Shown: in pieces, positions 35,301-47,200 of the stretch
Position numbering within the stretch: position 1 is the stretch's first letter
Layout of the letters: each line of letters starts with the position of its first letter
From: Gracilinanus agilis
Lineage: Eukaryota
NCBI RefSeq assembly: GCF_016433145.1
Contig: NC_058133.1
Span: 521,031,630-521,095,504, forward strand
Length of the DNA stretch: 63,875 bases
Reading direction: 5' to 3'
Notes under the pieces: model-generated
Seen by the model: only the letters and a program-made list of their open reading frames with translations
Database searches by the model: none
Told to the model about the DNA's origin: nothing
Made by a program: the position numbers and the translations under genes

Positions 35301-38183
35301 TCCATCCAGGCTCCCACCTCTTGGGCTCTGGGTCAGGATCAGGGCCGGATGCTCTGACACATTTGCCTTTGTCTAGTATGTCCAAGATAATTGCAGAGGA
35401 GCTGTTGGCTGCCGCCACAACAGACATTTTGAGGCAGGCTGCTGCTGAAGAGGTGAATAAAGAAAGAGAAAGAATTAAGGAAGAGAAGAGAAGAGCTGAA
35501 GAACGAAGGTATCTCCTGAGCATTAGGGCCTCCCTGGCAGCAGATTGTCCTTGGTGGATGGCATCAGGGCCCCCTTCTGTCACCCTGGGAACAAGACTTG
35601 GTCCCTGATGGATTCAGGGCATATTTGATGCCCTTTTGGCTTCCTTTTCCCTCTCCTAGACGGAAACAGGAGCGAGAGCGCCTGCTGGCCCACCTGAGCC
35701 AAGCACTGGCAATCGAACTGATGGATCTCGTGGTCGCCGAATGTGTGCGGGAAACCTCTTCCCGAGAGTTGAAGTAAGTGAGGCCTGGAATGGGCACCTT
35801 GGGCAGTTCTTGGCAAGACCCAGGTTTCCCAGCACAGTGTGGAAGTGAGGGCTTCATTTCCTTTTAGTTCTAATTGCTGAGATCAGTCATTGACTTGAAG
35901 TAACAAAACCAGGTCTCTTCAGCAGCCCTGTGGAGAGCCCTCTCTGATTTTGGAGTCTGAGCACCTGGGCTCACTGAGCCTGCTTTGCCCTTAACCTCCT
36001 CTGTAACCTCGGCCTGTGGTCTTCCATTGTTCAATGAGGTGGGGTGGGCCCCTGAACTCCTCCAGCTCTGGGATTCTCTCCTAGAGTCCTGAAGGCCTTG
36101 GCCTTTGGGTCATTTCTTCCTGAGCCACAGCTGGGCCAAGGGAGGGCTCATGCTATAGGCTCACTGTCTGAGCATCCACTTAGGGGTCAGTGTGACCAGT
36201 CCTGAGGGAATGCCCTTGGGGAGAGGTGAAGAATGAAAAGAACTTTGGGGAGGGAAGGCGTTCATTGAAATGCAGTGGAACCATGGCCTTGTCCATTGCC
36301 TTTGGGGGTCCAGACTTGTGATACCTTTTGGGCTGGAGAACTCCTGGGCACACAGGTGCCCACCTACCAGCAGCAGCAAAGAGGCTTTGAGTGGCCAGAA
36401 GCTGCATGACTTAGCCAAGCCAGGGGTGATGGCATTTCTCTGTCCACTTCCTACCTTCCTACCTCTCCTTAGCACAGTACAGCTGCTTAATTGGCATCTC
36501 TACTTCCAGTCAGTCAAGGAGGGAGTTCACTTCTGGGAAGGTCATCCTGAATGGGAGGGCCTGATGGTAGGGCACTCCTTATTTTACAAATGAGTAAACC
36601 AAGGCCGGGGTGGGCTTGTTGGTGTTCACACAGCCAGGAAATGCCTTTCTTGAGCTAGAAAGCTTTGAGATAAGGGAATACCACCTAGATTTGGATGGGA
36701 GGGAGCTCAAATGTGCTCTGAAGGGAATCCCAGCATCAATGAAAAACAAACTTTTGAATGAAAGCTATTTTCATTTGAATTTGAGGAAGAAGTAGGATGT
36801 GAATTCTTTTTCAGTGAGGTCACAATGGGACTTGGGGGACTTTGGGAGGCTGAGAGCACCAGATCCTCAGGGACTCCTGGGTTTTCACTCTGTGGTAATA
36901 AATATCTTCACACTGGAAGTTCCAAGACCCAGAATCTGAGAGTCCGAATCCTCCACTTCCCAGATGAAGCTTTGGCTCTAGCGGGTCATAGCTGTGGCCA
37001 TTTTCAAGCCATTTGGTTGATAGAATTTTGTTTAAAGTCTTTTGTGCTCCCTTAGGTCTCCTGTATGTTCTAGCATAGTCAGTGACTGTTTATAAACATT
37101 GAGCTTGTTGTCTTGGAGCCTACGAGCTCAAGCTGGGCAGATATTTATGTGATTCATGGGAAGGGGAAAAGGGGGGAAGGGAGGAAACAGGGTTAGATCC
37201 CAGGAAGTCACTGGGGTTGGAGCTCTGCATTTGGGGGCAGAAAGACTTGCATTTGAATCCCCCTCTGACACTTCCTAGCTGAGGGGCCAGGGATGAGGCC
37301 TGGAACAACTCTGAATCCTATTCCTCGCCTCTAAAATGGGGGTTTTAATAGTCCCAACCTCCCACGGTGTGGTGAGGATCACAGGAGATACTTGAACAGA
37401 AGTACTTTGCAAACCTGGGGAGATTGGGGATGGATGCTTCTGGCTCAGGTGAGGACCACTTCCTGGGAAGCAGCAGAAATAGAGGGCTGATTTTTGTGGA
37501 ATGAGTAAATTGTGGCCTCTAACTTTCCAAGGAGCAAGTGTGGTAGGAAGGAACAGATGCTCGCCTAGGACTTAGGAGAACTGAGGGGCCTGTGGCTGAC
37601 CCCAGGCAGGTCCCACCTTTAGTGTCTGGTGGACTGTAGTCTTGGATTTCCCATGAACCAGCTGGAGGAAATGGATCAATCCCTTCTCCCCCTGGGCCAG
37701 GTAGAACTGTCCAATTGGAGTAGTCCCCTCCACTTCTTACGAGCCAGGGTGACTACGAAAGAAGAAATCACTTTGCTCTTGAGACCTCTGGTGGTGCTAG
37801 GCCTGGAGTCAGGAAGACCTGAGTTGGGTCCAGCCTTAGACAGTCACTAGTTAAGTGAGCCTGAACAAGTCACCTACCCTCTATCCCTCAGTTAGCACCC
37901 ATGCTAACCATAGGATTGTCATGAGGGTCCAGGGAGGTTGTGCTTGTCAAAAGCACACAGTAGGTGCTCTATCTCCCTCCACTTTTCTCTAAAGAATTTA
38001 ATGTTTGGTGCAGCTGGGTAGCTCAGTGGATTGAGAGCCAGGCCTAGAGACAGGAGTTCCTAGGTTCAAATCCGGCCTCAGACACTTCCCAGCTGTGTGA
38101 CCCTGGGCAAGTCACTTGACCCCCATTGCCTACCCTTACCAATCTTCCACCTATAAGTCAATACACACAGAAGTTAAGGGTTT

Positions 38184-38218
<35 letters not shown>

Positions 38219-41200
38219 ATTTAATGTTTGCTTGGGCTCCTTGGGACTTTAGAGCTGTAAGAGGGAAAAAGGGGGTTTTTGATTGGATATACTAATACTT
38301 AAAGATGTGGTTGCCAAGGAACTGAATAAATACCAATTCCTAAAATGATTTTAGTAATTTATTTATAAAATATAGGAGAGAGTGGAAGTAGAGAGATAAG
38401 AAAAGGGTAGAGTAAGAGATCTAACTTAACGAACTAGATTTGTATTCAAGTCTGGGCTTTACTCCATCAGGGCTCCAGAGGCGCCTAGTCAGAGAGCCTA
38501 AAAGTCAGTTAACAAGGGGTTTAGTCACGAGGGCTTCTCTTAAGCAAGGGCCCCTCTGGAGGATAAGGTAGTCAGCCTTCTTCACTCACCACATGTAGTT
38601 CTAAGGGAAAGATTTAAGAACAGTCTCACCAAGGTCTCAGGGTCCCAGGTCCAGTGCTACTCCAGGTCCAAGCCATGAACAAGAAGAAGCTTCAGATCCA
38701 AGACACGAACCAGAAGAGGGAAGCTGAACTCACTGAACTCTCTTTTAAAGGGGCTTTTTTTGCGTCACTTCCTGTGCCTTCCTCCTAGTTTACGTGTCCA
38801 ATCACAACAGATGCTTTTCTTAGGACTGCCCAGGAGACAGTCTGTAATTTTTGATTTGTCACTCTAGCACACATGGGTCACAGAGCTCCCAACTTGTGAG
38901 TTAAGTGTAGTTGTTTATACTTTTGGTGATTAGATTTGAGAATGGGCTAGGTAGATTTAATCTCATCACAGAGCCCTATAACTAAGGAGCTGTAATCACT
39001 GTCCTTTTCACTGGAGTTGCCACAATTTGGCATTTCTCGTAAAAAATAGAAATCTTATGACTTCCAGTGGAAGGGCCTTTTGGGTTTGTATTCTAGTTTT
39101 GACATCAGTCAGTGTTGTGGGACTCGGGAAGGATGATCGTCCTGCTGAGGAGGCTTGGGCTAGTACCTTCTCAGGGATTGAGGTGTCTCTGCCTTTGTCC
39201 TCTAGGCGCGCCGTGGAAACTGAGAGGAGAGCCTGTGTGGCCCGTTGTTCTGAAGATGTCTGGGATCATCTCATGGACTTGTTCTTAGAGGAGGAGATTT
39301 TCCAGAGTGCCAGGGAGACCCTGCAGGAGCTTCAGTGTTTCTGTAAATGCTTGCAGCGGTAAGTGGGCATGCTGCCCTCCTCTGTGCCGAGAAGGGCATT
39401 GTTCTTCACCCCTGGCTTTGCCTACCCTCTTGGTCAGGAGGTGAAAAGCGTTCCTCGTGTGGTCCTTGGGAATTGGTGGCAGTCATTTTCCTCTGTAACT
39501 GCTCAGAGTCTTTCCAGGTTTCCTGTCCATTTCTCTGAGTAGACACTCCGTCCTTTGTTCATCCATCCCTGGGAGGGGGTGGGTAGGTACCTCCTTAGCG
39601 AGCAGAGAGGCTGCTCTGGGTGTTTTTGTACAGGTGGCCTCTTCCACTCTCTCTTTTTTGAAGTTCCTGTTGGATTTTGATAATATACAGAAAGGCTTTT
39701 TGATGATTTTGGGTGGGTCAGTTTATGTCCTGGTACGTTATTGGACTAAGCAGTTGTTTTGACAAACTTAAAATCTTTGCCTCTAAGTAAACCTCCTATG
39801 TGTCAGAAGTGATCATTTCACTTTCCTCACCTTAAATCCCTCAGTTTCTCTGACTTATTTGATTGCTGTTGCATTACTAGCATTTCTAGGATTATTTCAA
39901 GTTAATAGTGAGAAAGAGTGAATGCCTTTGCTTTACTGCAGACCTTCCTGGAAAGGCCTTTAGCATTTCTGCATTCTGGATCATGCTTGCCCTCCGTTTA
40001 GCTTGACATTACTTACCATATCCATGATAGGATGGGATCATTTTTTCCTCTGCTTTTTAAGCCTACTAAGCTTTAGCACGATCGTTTTTGTTGTCAGGAG
40101 AGTGTTTTTCTAGCAAATCCTGCTAGTTACCATATTCCTGGGACATTGATTACCAAAGTACTACTTCCCGTTTTGCCAAGCCCTTTGTATCCCTCCTAGG
40201 AGGTGGGGAGGGCACATCTTCTTATCGGTCACTAGACATTGGGGAGAGGTGGGGCAACTGAGCCCTAGCGAGTAGTTAGTGAGTGGGCTGGGAGGGACTG
40301 CGCTCCCAGAGATGGAGATCGGCCTTCTTTACTGGATCTGGGAGAATAGAGGAAGCACTGGCACAGTGACTGCAGAGACAGCCAACGTCTGGAAGGCTGT
40401 GAACACGTGCTGCATTTGTTTCCCAAAAGAGCCCTTCCGTGTCCTCCTGTCCTCGGGGCCTGCTTTCTCAGCCTCTGTTGAGCGGGCATAATGTGCTCCG
40501 ATTCCTTTTTTCCAGACTTGCCAACCTGGGACCAGACATGGGTGTGTTTGTTTTTAAGGTGGAGGGACGCTGTCGCTGCCCGGAAAAAACTGAAGAGACA
40601 GATGAGAGCATTCCCTGCAGCTCCCTGTTGTGTGGATCTGAGCAACAGACTGCAGGCCTTATCCCCTAGTGCCGAGTGTCCGATTGCTAAAGAGAACTTG
40701 GCCAAGGGAGTCCTGAATCTGGGGCACGCAGGCAAACTGGGGGTCTCTTGCACCAGGTAAGAGCAGGGGAATGTGTTCTCTGGGGCTCTTCCCCCAGCTG
40801 CCCTGAAGAGTCCTTTCTGGCATTCACACTCTAGACTGCCCTTTGAGCAGCCGTTCTTTTAGTGATGGGGGCTCTCTCCTCCCCCATCCAACTGTGTGGC
40901 TTCTTGAGTTTTAAAACAAAACGCATCGGTGCCTTTAGGTGCCTTGTAGGCGATGCATGTGGAAGGCAGGGTTGGATGTTGAGGGATTCAACAAAAGGTT
41001 TGATGCTCTAATTAGGGAAATCAGATTGAGCGAGAAGCGAACACCCCAAATCAGGAAGAAGAGAGCGCAAGCGCAGGCTTCCTTTTGTATTTCCACATCC
41101 CCATCTCGTCTTCATGGGTCGTTCCCTCTGACGATGTGGATCGAGGGCAAACCTACTGGCCTGGGCTTTCCTCATCCAGTTTTGCCCAGCTGTCTTCCAC

Positions 41201-44200
41201 AGGGACGCTACCCAGAGTGCCCAGGGCAGCATGGGCTGCTCTACCTGCTCTCCTTCCCTCTCGGCACATCACCAGCTCGCCCTCCTCTCTTTCAGCTGCC
41301 TGTATTTCCTCCATCATGGTCACTGAGCCTTAGCTCCTATTGCCCTTTGCCTTCCTTCCCACGCTTGCGCTCCAGCGCCCCCTCCAGGTTTTGTCTGTTG
41401 TTGTTCCCTGCTACTCCAGACCTTTCCTGACCCTTTCCCTGCTCCTCATGCCTTCCTCGAGAAATCATCCCCCATTTCCTTTGTGTTCCCTCATTGGTGC
41501 TCAGTGTCTTTCCTGGTAGAATCTCAGTTTCTGACTGCCAGCGTCCTGCTGCCTTTGTCTCTGTGCCCAGCACCAGCACTGTGGACCTGTGGCGTGGTGG
41601 GCTTGTGATCAGTGCTAACTGATTGGCTGATTTCCGTGATTTGGGGCTAGCTTGGATCACTGAAAGAGTCTTCATTTCAAGACAGGGTTTTGGTTCAGGA
41701 AGACGGGCTGGGTTGTGGAAAACACTGCATAGATTTCCTCGGGCGATCCATCACCGAAGGCGGCTGTCCCGATGGACCAGCCAGCCCGCTGAGGTGTCGT
41801 GCCTACGAGGCATCCTTCTCCCACTTAGGCTTTCCAGTGTGGCTTGGTGGACTCGGCGCAGTAGAGTGGTGGGTGCCAGAGCCCCTCTTGTGTGAAGAGA
41901 CTGCAGCAGCTAGGAGAGCTCCCTTTCACAGGGCCCGCGTGCTGGGCCGTCAGTCCCCTGGGCAAGTCTTGGGTTTTCTTGTGGTTCTTGATCAAAACGT
42001 TGTTGAGTAGAGTTGGGTTTCTTGGATCAGTGATTTGAGTGTGGGCTGAAAACAGGCAACAACCTCCTCGGTGGAGAAGAGCTAGAAGGACGGGGTTTTC
42101 TTCTGTTGGACCCAAGGCTTTTTTATCTTCCAGCAATCAGTCCAGGAGGGAGGTGCGGTGGGGTGGGGGTGGGTCTCCTCCCTGTCTTCTGGCTAGTTCC
42201 CCGACTGAGATCATTGGGGAAGAGTGTGCTCAGTCTCCTCTTTCACCCAGGATATATTTCTATTTTACATATATAGGCACACATATAGATTTTCAATTAT
42301 CTGTTCATCTTTCGGCTTTTTCTCATCCTTTTAAAAACTTTTCCCAAGTTGTCTTGGACATAAAGAGGTAGGAAGAATAAGGAAATCCCGGCTCGTGGTT
42401 CCAGCCTCCGGATCTTTGCCAATCATCACACGAAGCTCTTAGGGCCAGGGAATGGGGGTCATGGATTTTACTTGAAATGGTCAGCACACAAGAACTTGGG
42501 CCAGGACATTTTGGAGTTAAGTGAATTGGATTTTCCAGGGGGTAGAGGAGGGAAGAGGATCAGAGAAATCACAGGAAAGAATTTTAGAAGGTTTGCTTCT
42601 CGCTTTATTTCTGGCGATTTCGCTTTCTTTATTCCTATATTGAAATAATTGGAGAATAAAAGTTTCAGATAATTGAGAGTAAAAATGTATTCCCTGGTGA
42701 GAGCTCTCTTCCCGCCACAAGACACTGAATGTTCCGTAAATAGAACTCGCTGCCTTGGTAAAGAGAAGTGCCCCTCCCAGGATATCAGAGGCTCCAGAGA
42801 GGAGAGAGCTTGGGCAGACCCGGTTATTTTCACATTTTCAATCGGCTGGCATTTGAGGGAAGCCTCCAGGGCTGACCCCACATGGCTGACTTGTCCAAGC
42901 TGTGAGCTCCTGCCTTCTCCGAGAGAGGGAAGAGGAAAAGCCCCAAGATCACCGCCACTGGGGACAGTGGCAGGAGGGAGCTCTCTCCAGGCCCCTCTCC
43001 CTGGTTTCTTCTTCCTCTGCCAGTTACAGTGAGCTCTGCCTGCGGGCACTACCTGGGCCATGGCCAAGTCTCGTGCCCGGCTGGCAAATCCCGTCCAAGC
43101 ACACCGAGCCTGAGGCTTCTCGTTTGTTCTTCCTTAGGTTACGGTGGATGAGACACAAGACCATCCACCAAATGAAGGTTCAGTATTTCTACCAACAATT
43201 ACTCAGGTTTGTTCAGGGTAAAAGGGTCATTATGAGGTGGGCGAGGATGACTGTGAGATTCGTGTGTGACTCAGGGTCTCCTTTCCAGTGAGGCCGTGTG
43301 GACTCCTCTGGACCTGCCGGCCCTCATTGCTGAGCATTACCCTGGACACAGGGAGCAGGTGTTCTGGAAGTTGCTGGTGGTGCTGCCCGACAGCGAGGAG
43401 CCTGCCTTGGGCTATTCCAGCAGGTGAGTCCTGCTGCCAAGGGGAGGTGGGGGGGGACCTTGCCAGGCCTGCTCAGAGCTCAGGCTCCAGAGAGCCACCA
43501 GGGTGCTCGGCTCTGGAATCTCTGCTTGGCCTTCAGGCGCCCCAGGCCTCTCCCTGGCTGGGCATTTGCTCTGAAGCTGCCCTCCTCCAGGAAGGGTTTC
43601 TGCAGGTTTGCCAGTTTGCAGGTTTGAATCCAGAACGGAAAAGCCAGATTGCTGTTCCTATTGGGCAGTCAGTGTGTGGAGGCCAGGCTGGGCCAGGGGC
43701 TTCTCTGGTGCCCGTTTGGCAGCGGCCTCTTCCTCCTCCTCACCTTCGGCTCTTTGTTTCTCTCATTGATCCTCGTAGGATTCTAGCAAGCTGGCTAAAA
43801 GTCAAGTTCATGGGAAGCGAAGATTTACAGAACACGGCCCAGCAGGTTTCAGACGGGATTCAGACGCTCACCTTGTTGAATGCCTGCGGCACCAAAGGGA
43901 ATCGGCCGGTTTGGGTCAACGTGTGCGTGAAGGTGCGTGCTGGTAGCCAAGCCACCATAGGTCGGGAATTGGAAGGGGCCAGATCTGCTGGCAGTGCCTA
44001 GTGTGACATGCCCTCCCTTGCCTGGCCCATGCTTATGGCGGATACCCCAGGGCCGCGCCGCCTTCGGAGGCCCTCTGTAGAAAGGTGCCCTAAGCATTGC
44101 CCACCGTGCATGAGGAAGGCGTGTGCTGGCCTGTGCCACCCTCGGAGGCCCTCTGTAGAAAGTACCCTCACGGTGCGGGCAGCTGGATGGAGAGCCAGGC

Positions 44201-47200
44201 CCAGAGACGGGAGGTCCTGGGTTCAAATCAGGCCTCAGACACTTCCTAGCTGTGTGACCCTGGGCTAGTCACCTAACTCCATTGCCTAGCCCTTACTGCT
44301 CTTCTGCCTTAGAACCAATACAGAGTATTGATTTCAAAATGGAAAATAAGGGTTTAAAAAAAAGAAAGAAAGACACAAGACACAGAAGACTCTGGGCTGA
44401 GCTGGGCCATCCCTGAAGTGTGGGGATGGACTCGTCACCAGGAAGGAAGCCTGTGGTGCTGGAGGAAGGGGTGGCCACAAGGGCTGTGCTTAGCTGGTGG
44501 TCAGCCTGCCAGTGACGAGGCTGGCCAGACCAGGGTGGGTCCAGAAATGTAGCCTTTGGTGAGTGTCTGGGGCAGAGGGCGGGGTGTGGGGAGGGGGGTC
44601 AACAGTGGCTAGGTTGGGAGCTCAGACCCAGCCTCAGATGCTTCATGCTCCCTGTGGGACCCCAAGCAGTCACTTTGCCTGGCCTTGCCTCAGTTTCCTC
44701 ATCTGTGAAATGGAGATGATAATAGCCCCTTCCTCCCAGGGAGAGGATGAGGCAGGCCCTTGTGAGGTCCACTGCAGACTTTATGGCGTGATCGAGGTGC
44801 CAGCACTCATTATTATGGAAAGGTGTGAGCTGGGGAGCCAGGCCAGAACCCCCCTCGGGAAACCATCGCCCCCTTCAGTGCCGGGCAGCATGTGAGCTAT
44901 TTTGGTGGAGTCTCCTGCCGGGGGGGGTGCACAGTCCCTAATCCGGTTCTGCTATTGTTGTGCTTGCTAAGGTGGCTCATGGCCTGCTCAGCGACTCGGC
45001 CCTTGACGCCACCGAGACACAGAAGGACCTTCTGGGCACCAGCGGCCTCCTCTTCCTGCTCCCCCCACCTGGAAAGGGTGCCGAGGAGGATGAGGACGAC
45101 ACATACTGGCTCACAGCCTTGCTACAGCTCAAACAGCTCCTGCAGGCAAAGCCCTTTCACCCCCTGGTGCCCCTGGCAGTTCTTGTACCCAGTGAGGAAG
45201 GGGCTGCCGAGGCCGAAGTGGAGGAAGGTTGGTGCCATGGGGCCCGGGTGCAGGGTGGGGAGCTCTGGCCGGTCCTGAGGTGACTGGGCATTTGTGTTAG
45301 AGTCCAGCTGCTGTTCCAGCCTTGTTTCATGCCCTGACCTGGTTCCTTCCCAGCACTGCTGTTTTTCTAAAAGGAGGAGGCGCTCTTTGTATCCCCTTTG
45401 CTCCCTTAGAAATCCTTCTCCCCACCTCCCCCAGAGGGGTCTTTCCTTGCAGCCTGGAGTAAGAAAGGAGGAGAAGAGGGGACAGTTACACTGCCCACTA
45501 AATTAACTGAGGCCTATGGGAGCTTGGGGTTCCCATCTTTCCTGGGGTCGCTACATGGCTCTGCATTTGTGCTGTCTGCAGCCACTGAGGATGAGCCTTT
45601 TATGTGCCAGGCACTGGGCCAGGCCAGCCTCGGGGTACGAAGAAAAGGAAAGGGAAGCCCCTGCCCTCGGGGAGCTCCCAATCCAAAGGCCCAGGATAGC
45701 CAGTGTGCAGACAGCTGTAGGCAGCATCAGTCGGAGAGTCAGCAGAAGGCAGGTGCCACCAGGCTCTGAGAGGCTCTGAGAGCTACAGGCCCATTTCTGA
45801 TTGATCTCAGAGGTGATGGGGATCAGTTAACACCAGCTGAAAGGGATGGCGATGGTGGTGGTCTTTGACTTCTGCGTGACATATGCCCAGCAACGTGATC
45901 TCTGGGTCAAAGACTATCCAGACCATTCTCTTTCCTGCCCCAGGCTATCCCACACTTGGTCTGTCTGTGGCCAGACTGCTCTCTCTCCCTTCCCCTTCCC
46001 CTGCAGAATCCCTGGATTCCTTCCCCAAAGGCCCAGGAGACCCTGGTGGCCACGTAGCCCAACCCTTTCCCCAAAGGAATCTGCCCATAATGTGGCTGTG
46101 GCCACCGGACTCTGTGAGGAGAACTTCCTGGCAAGGGAGAACACCCCCTGCCAAACCCCTTTCTATGCTTGGTCTCAGTGGGACCCCTACAGCCGCTCTG
46201 GGGAGGAGATACCTAGTCAGAGGGGCCAGATGTGGGGCTTGGGCAGCCCTGCCCACACCGAAGTATCCTGGGAGGAAGCATTTGACAGGAGGAATAGAAG
46301 AGAATGAATTATGCCAGTGTATGGTTTCCCAAGTCATTGTGCAGCCTGCTGGGGCTCTTCAGTAGGCGTTAGTGCAGACGGGTCCCCCTTCTCTCCTTGT
46401 AAGTTGTGGGCATTAGCCGAGGTGCTCTCTGGCTTTGGGCCACCCTCTCTCCACTGTCGGGGCCACAAAGGGTTGGCCTTAGTGATGTCCTCGAAGCCAA
46501 GGCTGCAAGGGCCCATTGGGAAAGAGGCCCGAGCAGGGACGGGGTGCCAGGGAACATGCCTCAGCATCGTCTCCTTTGTTCATCTACTTCTCTGAAGGTC
46601 TGATGCTCCCAGACTTGGTTTCCTCCCAGCTGATTTCAGATTATGTCGTCATGGGCATCCCAGCCTCAGTCAGTGATCTCCAAGGCACCCACAGGGTAAG
46701 ATGACGTTTTGGGGGTGATGGGTTTAAAGCTCTTTTATCCTTCCAGATTTCAGCCCCAGCTGGAGCTCATTCAGGAAGGGCCCCTTGCCATCATGTGGCC
46801 CCGGGTCTGCCCTCAGGTGGGGGTGCTTCTCAGCTGCTCTTTGCCAAGACCAGGAGAGTAGTCTTGGGGTACTCACTGGGGATCCTCTGGTTCCATGCAG
46901 GGGAGACATTCTGGGGGTTGTAAGAAGGAATTTTTAGGTATTTATAGATATATATTAAAAATATGTGGCCGCCAGGAATCAACAATTTAGGTTGATTCCG
47001 TAATTAAATCAGACCCAAGTCAGCATCGGGTTGAAGAGTTTATTTACAATCCGTAGGTAAAAGTAGGAATAAAGAGAAAAGGGAGAGGCTAGTCCAGGCC
47101 AAAGGCCTGGACGGAGAGAGAGGAAGGTTACAAAGCTTAATAAATGAAGCTGTAAGCCACAAGGCCCAACAGCCAGATAGGCAGAGTTTAGAATTGGCCC

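Noticed and set aside
44062-44165. Short direct repeat cggaggccctctgtagaaag twice
   Set aside because: Only two copies next to a SINE; ordinary local duplication, not a CRISPR-like array.
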